From an uncultured delta proteobacterium (GTDB lineage: Bacteria; Desulfobacterota; Binatia; HRBIN30; BPIQ01): a stretch of 64,000 bases of DNA. The notes beneath the pieces were generated by a model. That model was not told where the DNA came from and made no database searches. It was given only the letters and a program-made list of their open reading frames with translations. Within the stretch, counting starts at the first letter, position 1. The number at the start of each line of letters is the position of its first letter. The position numbers and the translations under genes are program-made. The stretch lies in the NCBI GenBank assembly GCA_963761335.1, contig CAVXGR010000005.1, positions 64,001 through 128,000 on the forward strand, written 5' to 3'. Below are positions 1 through 10,275 of the stretch, piece by piece.

Positions 1-360
1 GGAATAGGAGGGCAGCTTCAGACACGCCGGTAGTTGCACCGGTCCATCGGAGACGAACCTGGCCCTGGAGTCGACCTGTCCTGCCAGGCCGGCCGGTGGG
101 CTCTTGCGGAGCAGGTCGAGATAGTGCTCGTCGAGGCGTCCGCACGCCGCGGAGACGACCGCGCCGAGTGTCTGGCCGGCGCGCGCCTGGACCTCCAGGG
201 GCTTGCCGATCCGAGCGACGTACTGGACGACCTTCTCGTCGATGGCATTGCTGTCGACGAACAGGGTGATGCGGTCCTGTGCACGCGCCGGTCGTGCGGC
301 GGCGGCGGCGAAGGCTCCCGCGGCGGCCAGAAGCAGTACTGACCGACGACTCGCTGTCAT
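1..360 (-). CDS. Secreted protein, N-terminal part (runs off the window edge)
   Basis: ATG at 360, frame open to position 1: MTASRRSVLLLAAAGAFAAAAARPARA|QDRITLFVD...; signal peptide with SRR and AxA; starts 32 nt downstream of the protease gene. Absent from the ORF track because it has no stop in the window. Confidence 0.75.
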   Translation of the reverse strand, partial: MTASRRSVLLLAAAGAFAAAAARPARAQDRITLFVDSNAIDEKVVQYVARIGKPLEVQARAGQTLGAVVSAACGRLDEHYLDLLRKSPPAGLAGQVDSRARFVSDGPVQLPACLKLPSYS

Positions 361-391
361 GGGCCCAGACTCCCTTGCAGACGTCGGCCGC

Positions 392-1249
392 CTAGAGCGG
401 CCGGCAGCCCTTTGCGGTGCTCTCGAGCCCGCAGATGGAGACGCCGTGATCGCGCGCAAACTGGTCCGCCCACTTCCAGAACCCTTCGACGCTCGTCGTG
501 GACACGAACGAGACGCGGGCGATGTCGCCCCGAGAGTTGACGCCCATGAGCACGCGCCGAGTCTTCGCCTGGTTGAGAAACAGGAAAGCGCCCGCACCGC
601 TGTCGCCGTAGCACACGGCGGCGCCACCCTCGGCCCGCGTGTAGTAGCTACCGGCGGCCGGGATCTCGGTGATCGGCGCGTCGCCTTCGTAGAGAACGCC
701 GAAGCCGGCGTCGGATCCGCCCTTTGCATTGCAGCCGAAGCCGAGAAGATGAAGGTCTCGGCCCTTTACCAGCGCGGTGCCGACCTTGTCGACATTTTCC
801 GCGACGATCTCCTGCAGAGGTTGATCCGTGACGCACAAGGCGAAGTCTGGCGAGACCTTTGCCGCCCAATCCGGATCATTCGTCGCGACCCCGTCCCGAT
901 AGCCCGGGTGTCGATAGCAGGAAGTCCTGATCGTCTTGTTCTTCCAATCGACGACCCCTACGCCCTTGTCGGCGATGCAATGTGCGGCCGTCAGGATCAC
1001 TCGTTCACCGACGGCCGTGCTGGTACAGCCTCGGCCCTCCGGGTCGAGAAAGACGAAGGTCGCCGGCCAATCGGCGGGGACTGCCTTCGTGCCGCCGATG
1101 ATCTTCGGCTCCGCGGTGTCATCGGCATACAGCTTCGCCGGCCGCATGGTGAACGCCGTTTGCTCGGCCAGGGATGTCGCGACGCTCGCGGGAATGATTG
1201 TCAGACATGCCAGGACCGCGATCAGCTCGAGTGTTGCTCGGGGCTTCAT
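392..1249 (-). CDS. Secreted trypsin-fold (S1) serine protease
   Basis: Signal peptide, K|IIGG activation site, TAAHC, DFAL and GDSG catalytic triad motifs; GGAG RBS upstream of ATG 1249. Confidence 0.92.
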   Translation of the reverse strand: MKPRATLELIAVLACLTIIPASVATSLAEQTAFTMRPAKLYADDTAEPKIIGGTKAVPADWPATFVFLDPEGRGCTSTAVGERVILTAAHCIADKGVGVVDWKNKTIRTSCYRHPGYRDGVATNDPDWAAKVSPDFALCVTDQPLQEIVAENVDKVGTALVKGRDLHLLGFGCNAKGGSDAGFGVLYEGDAPITEIPAAGSYYTRAEGGAAVCYGDSGAGAFLFLNQAKTRRVLMGVNSRGDIARVSFVSTTSVEGFWKWADQFARDHGVSICGLESTAKGCRPL

Positions 1250-1290
1250 CTGCGTATCTCTCCTTCCCTCGACGGGGTTGTCCGGCCCAG

Positions 1291-2622
1291 TCACGGAGCC
1301 GCAGGGCTGGCCGGATTGGCCTTCAGGGTGTCGATTTCCTGCTGCACCTTCAGGATGTCGCGCTGCGCTTCGACGATGCTCTTCTGGCTGGCGGCCAGAG
1401 CTTCGTCCTTCGAGGCATAGTCGACCTTGAGCTGCAGCATTTCCGCGGGGATGGAGACGATCTCCTTGGCGATCCCCGTGAGTGTCGTCACCACGCCGAA
1501 GATCTCGCTGGGGCGAGTAGCGTTGCGGCTGGTGAGCATGCCGTCGGTGAAGGCGACGTCGTACTTCGTGCGAACGAGCAGCCCGCTCTGGAACGGCACG
1601 ATGGCGAGAGGGCCGCCATTGGGAAGGTCGATCTCGATGGTCCGCAGCGCTGTGCAAGCGCCAGTGCAGTCCAGCAGCGCGATCCGGTAGGGCAGCGGGG
1701 TCCTGTACACGAGCCCGTCGATCTTCTCAGGCAGCGGCGGCATATCGGGTGCTTCTCCGGCATCTGACTGGAGAGGACAGTCTTCCTTGCCGTCGACGCC
1801 GGCGCAGACGCGGTACGTGGTGCCGAGATTCACGAGAGCCGTGTTCACCCGGGCGATCTCTGCCGGGGCGGCGGGATCGAAGACGTCCTCGTAAGTGAAC
1901 GCCTTCGGAGTGAACGCCTCCGGCTCTTTCGGCTTGCGTTCAACCATGACCGCCTTCGCGATCTCGCTCGCCAGCGAGGCCACTTGGATCAAGATGTCGC
2001 CGGTTCGGTCCGCGGCAACGACGTTCGCCGTGGTCAGCAAACCGCTCGGGGTTGTCGCCAGCGTCAGCTCGTCATCTCGGTTGGGCCAATGGTTCAAGTC
2101 GGCGACGAATCGATGCCGCGGGTCCGGCTCTGCCGGCAGAAGCGCGAGGGTGATCTGGTCGAGAAACTGCGCTTGATCCTCTCCCGCGGCGAGAAGGACA
2201 GACATCGCCGAGTTGTAGTCGGCGGTCGCCGCGTCCGCTTGCTTGGTCGCAGCTCGTACCGCGGTCTCCGCGAGCGCCAGACGCTTCTTCGCCTCTCCTA
2301 CGGCGTCCCCTTCGGCACTATCGGCGAACGATTTTGCCGCGGCGAGAGAGCGTTTTGCATCCTGTAGGGCCTGGTTTGCGTCGCTCATTTTGGACTCGGC
2401 GTCCTTGGCCTTGCGCACCAGTCCCGCCTTGTCGGTCAGCGCACGGACGACCTTGATGGAGATCCGCTTCTTCGGGAGATAGTAGACGATCCCCGGATTG
2501 TCGTCCGACAGATCCTTCTTGTTGCCCATTCCGGGATACGTGTGACTGACCACTGTCGGTCCGCAGGCGGCGGCGCCAGCGGCGAGGCTGGTGATGAGCA
2601 TCACGGCAAGTTTCGCATTCAT
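1291..2622 (-). CDS. Lipoprotein with Ala/Lys-rich coiled-coil insert (DUF4831-like, function unknown)
   Basis: MNAKLAVMLITSLAAGAAA|C lipobox; AAGGAG RBS; YYLPK...GLL...DRT...GLVYRTP pattern; heptad-rich central and C-terminal helices. Confidence 0.8.
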   Translation of the reverse strand: MNAKLAVMLITSLAAGAAACGPTVVSHTYPGMGNKKDLSDDNPGIVYYLPKKRISIKVVRALTDKAGLVRKAKDAESKMSDANQALQDAKRSLAAAKSFADSAEGDAVGEAKKRLALAETAVRAATKQADAATADYNSAMSVLLAAGEDQAQFLDQITLALLPAEPDPRHRFVADLNHWPNRDDELTLATTPSGLLTTANVVAADRTGDILIQVASLASEIAKAVMVERKPKEPEAFTPKAFTYEDVFDPAAPAEIARVNTALVNLGTTYRVCAGVDGKEDCPLQSDAGEAPDMPPLPEKIDGLVYRTPLPYRIALLDCTGACTALRTIEIDLPNGGPLAIVPFQSGLLVRTKYDVAFTDGMLTSRNATRPSEIFGVVTTLTGIAKEIVSIPAEMLQLKVDYASKDEALAASQKSIVEAQRDILKVQQEIDTLKANPASPAAP

Positions 2623-2664
2623 GGTCGTCTCCTTGTCTGTTCTCTCAGTGGAGGTGAGGGTACA

Positions 2665-2706
2665 CGCCGCTCCCCGCCCGGCGGTTCCGCCGGGCGGGGA
2701 GCGGCG
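2665..2706. other. Perfect 20-bp inverted repeat (RNA hairpin; terminator or stabiliser)
   Basis: CGCCGCTCCCCGCCCGGCGG-TT-CCGCCGGGCGGGGAGCGGCG just 3' of the TSP3 gene stop; no U-tract on the minus strand. Confidence 0.7.
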
Positions 2707-2722
2707 GGCTTCGGTTGGATCG

Positions 2723-5700
2723 TCACCAGCCCTGGTACGGCTGCGTGACCACGCTGGCGGATTTGGCGATGCGCACCCGCGAGCTGGACAGCAGCTGGCC
2801 GGTGACGACGGCGTCGTGCCCGAGAACCACGTTCCCGGTGCCCAGGATGGTACCCGAGAGCTGGGCGCGGGCAGCCAGCTTGGTGCGCTGGCCAACCATG
2901 AAGACGACGCGCTCGGGTGTCAGTCCGGGCCCGAGCTCGATGCTGGCGTCAGAGCGCAGCGTCAGATTGCGCGCCACCCGCACGATGACTTCGGTGGTGG
3001 CCGGATCCGGAGTGAGCAGCAGGCTGCTGCGCGCCCCGACGACGAGTTGGTCCACGTCGATCACGTTCTGGCCGGCGCCGAGCGCCACCGCGTGTGGAGT
3101 GCCGCTCGGAATCTTCAGCAGGCCCAGCGACTGCGTCGCCGCCAGCGAGGCGAGGGCTGCCTGCCGCTCCGCGGCCCGGCTGCTGGCGGCGGCGCAGCGC
3201 GCCAAGCGGGAGTCGCTGCCGGTGATGTCGACGATACCGCCGACGACTGCGCGTTTGCGGAGAACGACCGCCCCACCAGCGGTCACGGCGTCGCCGTCGA
3301 TGCTGGCGTCGGCGGCAAGCACGATCGCCTTGCCGGTCGATGCCGTCGCCACGGCATCGCTGCCGCTGATCGCCGCATTGCGGCCGAGTCGAACGACGTC
3401 CGTGCACACGCCGGCGTCCACGGTGGCGTTGGTGGCGAGGACGGAGAGCACCGCCTTGTCGGTGGTCTCCGGCCACCGCAGGACTGCAAAATCACCGGTG
3501 ACGATCTCACCGACACAGGCTCCCGCACCGTTACATTGGTCGATCGTACCGGGGTCCCCGTCGTTACAGGCGGTTCCCGATGGGTCGTTGCAGCTGCCGG
3601 CGGCTTCATTGCAGGTGCCGGCGCATGGCGGGCCTCCGATGCAGGGGTCGCCGCTGTGCGCCGTGCAGGCACCCGCCGAGCACGCGTCCGCCCCGTCGCA
3701 GTAGAGGCCGTCGTTACATGCACTGCCGTCCGGATCCATCGTGCAGTTGGGCGTGCAGCAGTCTCCGCTAGCCGCATTGCCGTCGTCGCACTGCTCGCCC
3801 ACCTGCACGGTACCACTGCCGCAGTCGCAGAGGTCGCCGATGTTGTCCCCGTCGGCATCCTCCTGTCCCGGATTGGCGAGGTTGCGGCAGTTGTCGCAAA
3901 CGTCGCCGACGCCGTCGCCGTCGGCGTCGGCCTGGGAGCTGTTCGCCACGGCGGGGCAGTTGTCGCAGTCGTCGCCGACGCCGTCGCCGTCGCTGTCCTG
4001 TTGCGTGGGGTTGGCCGCCACGGGGCAGTTGTCGATCGGGTCGCAGATGCCGTCGCCGTCGCCGTCGGCGGCCCCGAAGCCGACGCAGCTATCGCAGTCG
4101 TCACCGAAGCCGTCGCTGTCACTGTCCGCCTGCGTCGGATTGGCGACCGCCGGACAGTTGTCGATGGGGTCGCAGACTCCGTCGCCATCGCTGTCCGCAG
4201 CGCCGACGCCGACGCATGCGTCACAGGCGTCACCGATGCCATCGAGATCGGCATCGTCCTGCGTCGGGTTGGCGACAGCCGGGCAGTTGTCGAGGCCGTC
4301 GCAGATCCCATCGGCATCGCCATCGGTTGTTCCCGGGCCGGCACAGGCGTCGCAGGCATCGCCGATTCCGTCGCCATCGGCATCCTCCTGAGCCGGGTTG
4401 GCGAGCGAAGGGCAGTTGTCGAGGCAATCCACAATGCCGTCGCCGTCCTGGTCATCGGTCATCGCCGCCGTCGGCGAGTAGCGAACCGCCTGATTCACGA
4501 GATTCAGCCGCGCCGGTCCGCCCCAGCGGAGACCGACGGTGCCCGCTTGATTCTCGATGCCGGCGCTCGTGCCGGGCAAGCCGCCGTCGGAGTGAACGTA
4601 CTGCACCAGCACCTGATCCGAGCCCTCCTCGAGGACGAACTCGAAAGTGCTGCGGTTGGAAGTGCCGCAGCACACCGGGACTTCGCTGAACTGAACGATG
4701 AACTGGCGCGCCGGCGGCGCACCGATGGTCTGATAGTAGATTGCCCCGTTCGGCGGATAGAGATCCGTCCACAAGCCGGCGATGGTGGCGTTGGGCGACC
4801 CATTTCCGGGAAGGGGACCACCGCTGCAGCAGCCCTGCGATTGACCCGGCAGGAAGGTCAGGAAACCGTTGCTGGAGACGTAGACCTGGGCGTATGGGAC
4901 GCCGTAGTAGTCGAAGGTGAAGCCGATCGGGAGGGCGGCGCTCACCTGATCGTCGCCCAGAGACAGCGGAGTCCCCGTGGCGGTGATGTCGACGAACGAG
5001 AAGGTCGGCTCGCTGCCGTCGGGAGGCGCGAGGGTGTCCGACGCCGTGTAGCAACCAGCGGTATCCGTTTGCCGCTGCGCGTCGCAGTCGTCGGAAGTGC
5101 CGTTGCCGTTGTCGTCGGGGGCGCTACAGGGATCGCAGGCGTCGCCGATGCCGTCGTGGTCGGCATCCTCCTGTCCGGGATTGGAAACACCGGGACAGTT
5201 GTCGCAGGCGTCATCGACCAGGTCTCCGTCGGTGTCGACGGTGTCGGGATCGCAGCTGTCGCCGCGGCCATCGTTATCGCAGTCCGTCTGCGCCGCATTG
5301 GCGATGCTCGGGCAATTGTCTGCGGCATCACAGACACCGTCGCCGTCGCTGTCGCTCGGACCCGGGCCGACGCACGCGTCGCATGCGTCGCCGATGCCAT
5401 CCCCGTCGCTGTCCGCCTGGGTCGGATTGGAGACGGGGCAGTTGTCGCAGGCGTCGGTAACGCCGTCTCCATCCGCATCGACCGTATCCGCATCGCAAGC
5501 ATCGCCGATGCCGTCGAGATCGCAATCGGTCTGCGAGGGATTGTAGGCGGCTGGACAGTTGTCACAGACGTCGACGACGCCGTCGCCATCGGTGTCCGTC
5601 GGGGATTGGGAGCAGATACCGACGTCGTTGGTGGCGGCATCGAGAACGTTCAACCATCCGGAGTCGGCGGTGCCGAGCGGCGCGGCGTCGTACCAGTCCC

Positions 5701-6343
5701 AGCCGAGAAAGACGATGCGGCCCGCACCATAGGTCATACGGGCGACGGTGACACCTGTGGCGTTTTGATAGAGAGCGAGGGATCCGGGTGGCAAGCTCGC
5801 TGCTCCCAGGCTCGCGGTGGCGCTGAAGGCAATGAGCGACGCCGGACCGCCCGCGAACGGGGTTCCGGTAGCGGCAGCCGTGAGCGAACCCCCATCGCTG
5901 TTGGTCGGCAAGGTCACTGACGTGAGTGAAAAGCCGAAGATGGAATCGAGTAGGTCCTCGTCTCGCGTGCGATGCCCGTTCTTGATCAGCCCTCCACCCC
6001 CGGCGACAAAATTGGCAATGACGGTCCGGGCCGCCGGACTGAGCGCGGCATTGAGGTCGCCAACCTCGGTCTCGGGAATCAAGAGGATATCCTTGCCGGC
6101 CAGGGCGGTGGCGAAATCCGTGTCGGCGATACCCGTGAACGTCGTCACCGTATGGCCGAGTGCAGTCAGAGACGCCTGCACCGTGTCGGATTCGCTCGAC
6201 GGGCCGCCGACCGTGTCGACGTAAGCCCCGTTGTCAAAGACCACAATGTTCGCCGCCGTCACTGGCCCGGTAACGGCGAAAAAGACTGCGGCCAGCACCA
6301 CTGCCGCAACTCGCCGTGGGTTGCGAGTTATCCGATTGTCCAT
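2723..6343 (-). CDS. Large secreted thrombospondin type-3 repeat protein with nidogen-like, Myxococcus Cys-rich and C-terminal beta-helix-like regions
   Basis: Signal peptide from ATG 6343 (AAGGAGG RBS); ten DNC(P/R) plus DxDxDGxGDxC calcium repeats; [17 protein letters not shown] nidogen-like segment; GEQCDDGN repeat. Confidence 0.9.
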   Translation of the reverse strand: MDNRITRNPRRVAAVVLAAVFFAVTGPVTAANIVVFDNGAYVDTVGGPSSESDTVQASLTALGHTVTTFTGIADTDFATALAGKDILLIPETEVGDLNAALSPAARTVIANFVAGGGGLIKNGHRTRDEDLLDSIFGFSLTSVTLPTNSDGGSLTAAATGTPFAGGPASLIAFSATASLGAASLPPGSLALYQNATGVTVARMTYGAGRIVFLGWDWYDAAPLGTADSGWLNVLDAATNDVGICSQSPTDTDGDGVVDVCDNCPAAYNPSQTDCDLDGIGDACDADTVDADGDGVTDACDNCPVSNPTQADSDGDGIGDACDACVGPGPSDSDGDGVCDAADNCPSIANAAQTDCDNDGRGDSCDPDTVDTDGDLVDDACDNCPGVSNPGQEDADHDGIGDACDPCSAPDDNGNGTSDDCDAQRQTDTAGCYTASDTLAPPDGSEPTFSFVDITATGTPLSLGDDQVSAALPIGFTFDYYGVPYAQVYVSSNGFLTFLPGQSQGCCSGGPLPGNGSPNATIAGLWTDLYPPNGAIYYQTIGAPPARQFIVQFSEVPVCCGTSNRSTFEFVLEEGSDQVLVQYVHSDGGLPGTSAGIENQAGTVGLRWGGPARLNLVNQAVRYSPTAAMTDDQDGDGIVDCLDNCPSLANPAQEDADGDGIGDACDACAGPGTTDGDADGICDGLDNCPAVANPTQDDADLDGIGDACDACVGVGAADSDGDGVCDPIDNCPAVANPTQADSDSDGFGDDCDSCVGFGAADGDGDGICDPIDNCPVAANPTQQDSDGDGVGDDCDNCPAVANSSQADADGDGVGDVCDNCRNLANPGQEDADGDNIGDLCDCGSGTVQVGEQCDDGNAASGDCCTPNCTMDPDGSACNDGLYCDGADACSAGACTAHSGDPCIGGPPCAGTCNEAAGSCNDPSGTACNDGDPGTIDQCNGAGACVGEIVTGDFAVLRWPETTDKAVLSVLATNATVDAGVCTDVVRLGRNAAISGSDAVATASTGKAIVLAADASIDGDAVTAGGAVVLRKRAVVGGIVDITGSDSRLARCAAASSRAAERQAALASLAATQSLGLLKIPSGTPHAVALGAGQNVIDVDQLVVGARSSLLLTPDPATTEVIVRVARNLTLRSDASIELGPGLTPERVVFMVGQRTKLAARAQLSGTILGTGNVVLGHDAVVTGQLLSSSRVRIAKSASVVTQPYQGW

Positions 6344-6622
6344 TCCGTCCTCCTTGTCCGTCGCTGTGAGTACTTGACCGGCGAGGGCTTCTCGGTTGCG
6401 CGACGAACGCAATTGTCCGTCTCGTCGAGGCCTCGCGCCGTCGCCGTGTCGGCGGAGCATGGCGGATGCCAGCCGGCACGGCGCTGGCGACGTCGGGTTT
6501 CAGCAGGCTTGGTGTCCGGGCCAGCGGACGGCGGCTCCGCTGCCGTCCGCTGTGGTGGACGGCGGCCCCGGATTCTCGAGCCGGCTTGTGCGGCGGCCGG
6601 AAGCGGCGTACCGGTGAAGGCG

Positions 6623-7756
6623 ATGGAGGGCCGCGCCCAGTTCGAGGTGATCATCGTCGGCAGCGGCATTGCCGGTGCCTCGCTGGCGTACTTTCTCGCC
6701 GAGCGCGGAGTGACCGACGTGCTGCTGCTCGAGCGCGAGGAGCAGCCCGGCTATCACTCCACCGGACGCAGCGCCGCGACGCTGGTCGAATGGGATCCCA
6801 TTCCGGCGCTGCAGCAGCTGAAGGCGCTCGCCGCCGGCTTCTTCCGCGATCCACCGGCCGGCTTCTCGGACCACCCCGTGCTGCAGCCGTCGGGAATTCT
6901 GGTGACCTTTCAGGAGCCGGCGTGGAGCGCGATCCAGAACTTCCTGCCGGCGGTTGCGGCGCAGGGGACGGCGATCGAATCGCTCAGCCTCGAGCAGGTG
7001 CTGGCGCGAATCCCCGTTCTGTCGCCCGAATACCTCGACGGCGGCGTCCTCTTGCCGGAGGACGGTCACATCGACGTGCACGAGCTGCTGTGGAGCTACC
7101 TGCGCCACGCCGCTCGCCGCGGCGTCGAGCGTCGCTGCGGCGTCGAGGTCTCCGGAATCCGCGTCGAGAGCGGCCGCTGTCGCGGGGTGGAGACGAATGC
7201 GGGGAGCTTCTCGGCGCGATGGGTGGTCGACGCCGCCGGCGCCTGGGCCGGGCGGATTGCGGCGCTTGCCGGCGCGGCGCCGATCGCGATCACACCATGC
7301 CGGCGGACGATCATCACCTTCGCGGCGCCGGACGATCTCGATGTCCGCGGCTGGCCGCTGGTCACCAACGAGTCGCACCGCCTCTACTTCGGGCCCGAGT
7401 CCGGCGGCCTGCTCGCCAGCCCCATGGACGAAGATCCGATGGAGCCGTGCGACGCGCGTCCCGACGACCTCGTGGTCGCCGAGGCCATGCACCGTCTCGC
7501 CAAGCTGGCGCCCCGCCTCGCCCCCAGATCGATTCGGCGCAAGTGGGCGGGGCTGCGGACGTTTGCGCCCGATCGCGTGCTGGTGATCGGCGAGGACCCT
7601 CTGGTCAAGGGCTTCTTCTGGCTGGCGGGACAGGGTGGGTGCGGGATCGAGACCAGCCCCGCCGCCGGCCAGATCGCCGCCGATCTCCTCGTCGACGGCC
7701 GCACCGAGCGCTACGACGCAGCCCAGCTGTCGCCGTCGCGATTCGGTGCCGGCTGA
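6623..7756 (+). CDS. FAD-dependent oxidoreductase (DAO/glycine oxidase family)
   Basis: IVGSGIAG Rossmann motif, STGRSAA, WAGLR and GxGI...PA motifs. Confidence 0.9.
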   Translation: MEGRAQFEVIIVGSGIAGASLAYFLAERGVTDVLLLEREEQPGYHSTGRSAATLVEWDPIPALQQLKALAAGFFRDPPAGFSDHPVLQPSGILVTFQEPAWSAIQNFLPAVAAQGTAIESLSLEQVLARIPVLSPEYLDGGVLLPEDGHIDVHELLWSYLRHAARRGVERRCGVEVSGIRVESGRCRGVETNAGSFSARWVVDAAGAWAGRIAALAGAAPIAITPCRRTIITFAAPDDLDVRGWPLVTNESHRLYFGPESGGLLASPMDEDPMEPCDARPDDLVVAEAMHRLAKLAPRLAPRSIRRKWAGLRTFAPDRVLVIGEDPLVKGFFWLAGQGGCGIETSPAAGQIAADLLVDGRTERYDAAQLSPSRFGAG

Positions 7757-7767
7757 CGCGCGCGCGA

Positions 7768-7937
7768 GGGTGCAGAGGCCTGTGTCAAAACCGCGCCCGC
7801 GCCCCTGGCGGGGCGCCGACGGACGTCGACTTCGGTGGCCCCGGGTCCCCGACCGGGGCTACACGCCTCCGCCCCTCCGCGGCGAATGATCACCGGGCTC
7901 CCGGCCACAGATGCGACCTGGGGAATTCGGGTTTCAC
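7768..7937 (+). repeat. REP-type composite element, ~170 bp (inverted copy at 10276-10446)
   Basis: GGGTGCAGAGGCCTGTGTCAAAACCGCGCCCGCGCCCCTGGCGGGGCG...CCGGGGCTACAC... matches the reverse complement of 10276-10446. Confidence 0.9.
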
Positions 7938-7949
7938 CTCGCCGCGCGC

Positions 7950-10145
7950 TCACTTCGACTCCTTGGTCGCCTCGCGTCTTCTCGCCACCTGGATGTTGGT
8001 CACCTGAAGCGCGGCGCGATAGCGCCACAGGTGCGCGTCGTAGGACTTGCCCGCCGCGGCCCAGTGGTGGGCGATCTCCGGTGCGCGCTCGCCGAGCCGG
8101 TCGGGGTGCTGCGACATCAGGGCGCGCGCCACCGCTTCGTGCGTGTGCGTGCGGCGTGCCTGCAACAGCGAGCTGTAGGCGACCTCCTGGGTCAGGGGAT
8201 GGCGGAAGCGGTAGGCGCCGGCGTCGTCGATGCGATCGAGGAGGTCCGCATCGCAAAGCATGGAGAGGGCGCCGTCGAGCCGGTCGCCGCCCGCCCACGC
8301 CACCGCGTGCTCCGCATCCCCCTGGGAGACCTCGTCGAGCAGGCTCCGCGAGAAGCGGCGTCCGATGACCGCCGCGGTCAGGAGCGCGAGCTTGGCCGTT
8401 TCCGGCAGGCGATCGATGCGCGAGGCGATCAGCGCCTCGAGGCTGGGAGGCACGCGGCGCGCCAGATCTTCCCAGTCGAATGGTCGTCGCAAGGAATACC
8501 TTCCCGGGCTGCCCGGGTCGCGAACGAGGAGACCTTCTTCGGCCAGCGATTGCGCGATCTGCTCGAGAAAAAAGGGATTGCCGTCGGCGCGCTCGCGGAT
8601 CGCCGCACGCAGGCCGGCGCTGGCGCCGTCGTCGCCGAGCATCGAGCCGAGCAGCTGGTCGCAGACGGCCGTGGAGAGAGGCCGCAGGTCGAGACGCCGG
8701 TAGTAGGAGACGTCGTGGCGGCGCGGCGTGTAGTCGGGACGGAAGTTGAGCAGCAGCAGTGTGCGGGTCCAGCCGAGAGCCTCGACGAGATGAGAGAGGA
8801 TCTCGTCGCTCTCCGCATCGAGCCAGTGGGCGTCATCGACGAGCAACAGGAGCGGCGCCACGGCGCTCTGCGCCTGCACCAGGCGGCGAGACAGCTCGAT
8901 CAGCCGCAGCCGCCGCTCGGGCGCCTCGGGCACCGCGTGGCCGCGCGGCGGAAAGCCGAGCGCTTCCAGCAGCGGCGCGATCTGCATGCGGCTGCCGAGC
9001 CCGCGCAGGCGCTGCGTCACGCGCTCGCGCACCTGCCGCGGCGTATCCTTGGCGCCGACTCCGAAGTAGCTGCGCAGCAGCTCGACGATCCCGAAGAAGG
9101 GCAACGAGGGGGCGTGGGACGGGCAGTGCGCCTCGGCGATCGCCGTAGCGGCGGAGCGATTCGAGTCGACGAACTCCTGGCAGAGTCGGCTCTTGCCGAT
9201 GCCCGCCGGGCCGACGACGCCGACGATCTGGCCGTGACCAGTGAGGGCGCGGTCGAAGGCGCGCTGCAGATCCGCCCACTCCTCGGCACGACCGAGGAGC
9301 GGGCGCAGACCGCGCCACCGCGCCGCATCCAGCCGCGTGCGCAGAGGTCCCTCGCCGAGCAGCGCAGAGGCGCGCAGCGACTCGTCGGCGCGCTTGCCGG
9401 CAACGGCGCCCAGATCCTCGAGCTCGAAGAAGCCCGCGGCCATCGCCGCGGTGGTGTCGCTGAGGAGGATCTGCTCGGCGGCCGCCGCCTGCTCCATGCG
9501 CGCCGCCAGTCCGACGGTGACCCCCTGAGCCGTGTAGTCCATGCGCAGGTCGTCGCCGATCTTGCCGACCACCACCTCGCCGGAGTTGAGCCCCATGCGC
9601 ACGCGCACGCGGATGCCGTGCGTCCGCCGCAGCTCGTCATTCCACAGATGCAGGCGCCGGCGCAGCTCGAGCGCGGCGTGACAGGCCTTCTGGGCGTGGT
9701 CCTCCACCGCCAGCGGCGCGCCGAAGAGGGCCATGACGCCGTCGCCGGTGTACTGGTTGATCGTCCCCTCGAAGCGATGGATCCCCTCGGCGAGAAGCAG
9801 GAAGAATTGGTCGAGAAGGCGATGCCACGGCTCGGGTCCGAGCTGGTCGGCGAGCTTCATCGAGCCGGCGACGTCGAGAAACAGCACGGTCACCTGCTTG
9901 CGCTCTCCCTCGAGGCTGGCGCGAGAGGTGAGGATTCTCTCCACCAGGTGCCGCGGCGTGTACGATGCCGAGGGAGTCGTGCGCGGCCGCAGGGCCAGAC
10001 CACACTGGCTGCAGAAGTTACCGTCGGCCGGATTGCGACGGCCGCAGCTGGCGCAGAGGCGCAGCAGCTCGGCGCCGCAGCCCGAACAGACGGTTGCCGA
10101 CGCGGGGTTCGACCGCGAGCACGCGGCGCACTCGAGTGCGTTCAT
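7950..10145 (-). CDS. Double zinc-ribbon + class III adenylate/guanylate cyclase + AAA (STAND) ATPase, short C-terminus
   Basis: Four CxxC; ERKQVTVLFLDVAGS and YTGDGVMALFG cyclase motifs; Walker A GPAGIGKS; Walker B LLVDDAHW; GNPFF; FRHPL. Confidence 0.92.
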   Translation of the reverse strand: MNALECAACSRSNPASATVCSGCGAELLRLCASCGRRNPADGNFCSQCGLALRPRTTPSASYTPRHLVERILTSRASLEGERKQVTVLFLDVAGSMKLADQLGPEPWHRLLDQFFLLLAEGIHRFEGTINQYTGDGVMALFGAPLAVEDHAQKACHAALELRRRLHLWNDELRRTHGIRVRVRMGLNSGEVVVGKIGDDLRMDYTAQGVTVGLAARMEQAAAAEQILLSDTTAAMAAGFFELEDLGAVAGKRADESLRASALLGEGPLRTRLDAARWRGLRPLLGRAEEWADLQRAFDRALTGHGQIVGVVGPAGIGKSRLCQEFVDSNRSAATAIAEAHCPSHAPSLPFFGIVELLRSYFGVGAKDTPRQVRERVTQRLRGLGSRMQIAPLLEALGFPPRGHAVPEAPERRLRLIELSRRLVQAQSAVAPLLLLVDDAHWLDAESDEILSHLVEALGWTRTLLLLNFRPDYTPRRHDVSYYRRLDLRPLSTAVCDQLLGSMLGDDGASAGLRAAIRERADGNPFFLEQIAQSLAEEGLLVRDPGSPGRYSLRRPFDWEDLARRVPPSLEALIASRIDRLPETAKLALLTAAVIGRRFSRSLLDEVSQGDAEHAVAWAGGDRLDGALSMLCDADLLDRIDDAGAYRFRHPLTQEVAYSSLLQARRTHTHEAVARALMSQHPDRLGERAPEIAHHWAAAGKSYDAHLWRYRAALQVTNIQVARRREATKESK

Positions 10146-10211
10146 GTCGCTCCCGGAGACCGCGGGATCATCGGCGCTTTGACCGTCCCGGTCAAGGAGC
10201 CGCTCCTTCGG

Positions 10212-10261
10212 GTAGTGGGGGATTTTGAAATGAAACGCGGTCACCTTCGGTCCACCACAAC
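10212..10261 (+). repeat. Hairpin repeat GTxGTGGGGGAT...TGAAACGCGGT...TCCACCACxAC, copy 1
   Basis: Direct repeat of 10569-10632, with self-complementary ends. Confidence 0.6.
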
Positions 10262-10275
10262 CTCCGCTTCGTTGA

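Noticed and set aside
2591..5920. 1109-aa plus-strand ORF and similar long antisense ORFs (7911-10280, 38616-40865, 45357-47522, 59544-62096)
   Set aside because: These are shadow frames opposite well-supported genes in high-GC DNA, with no recognisable motifs.
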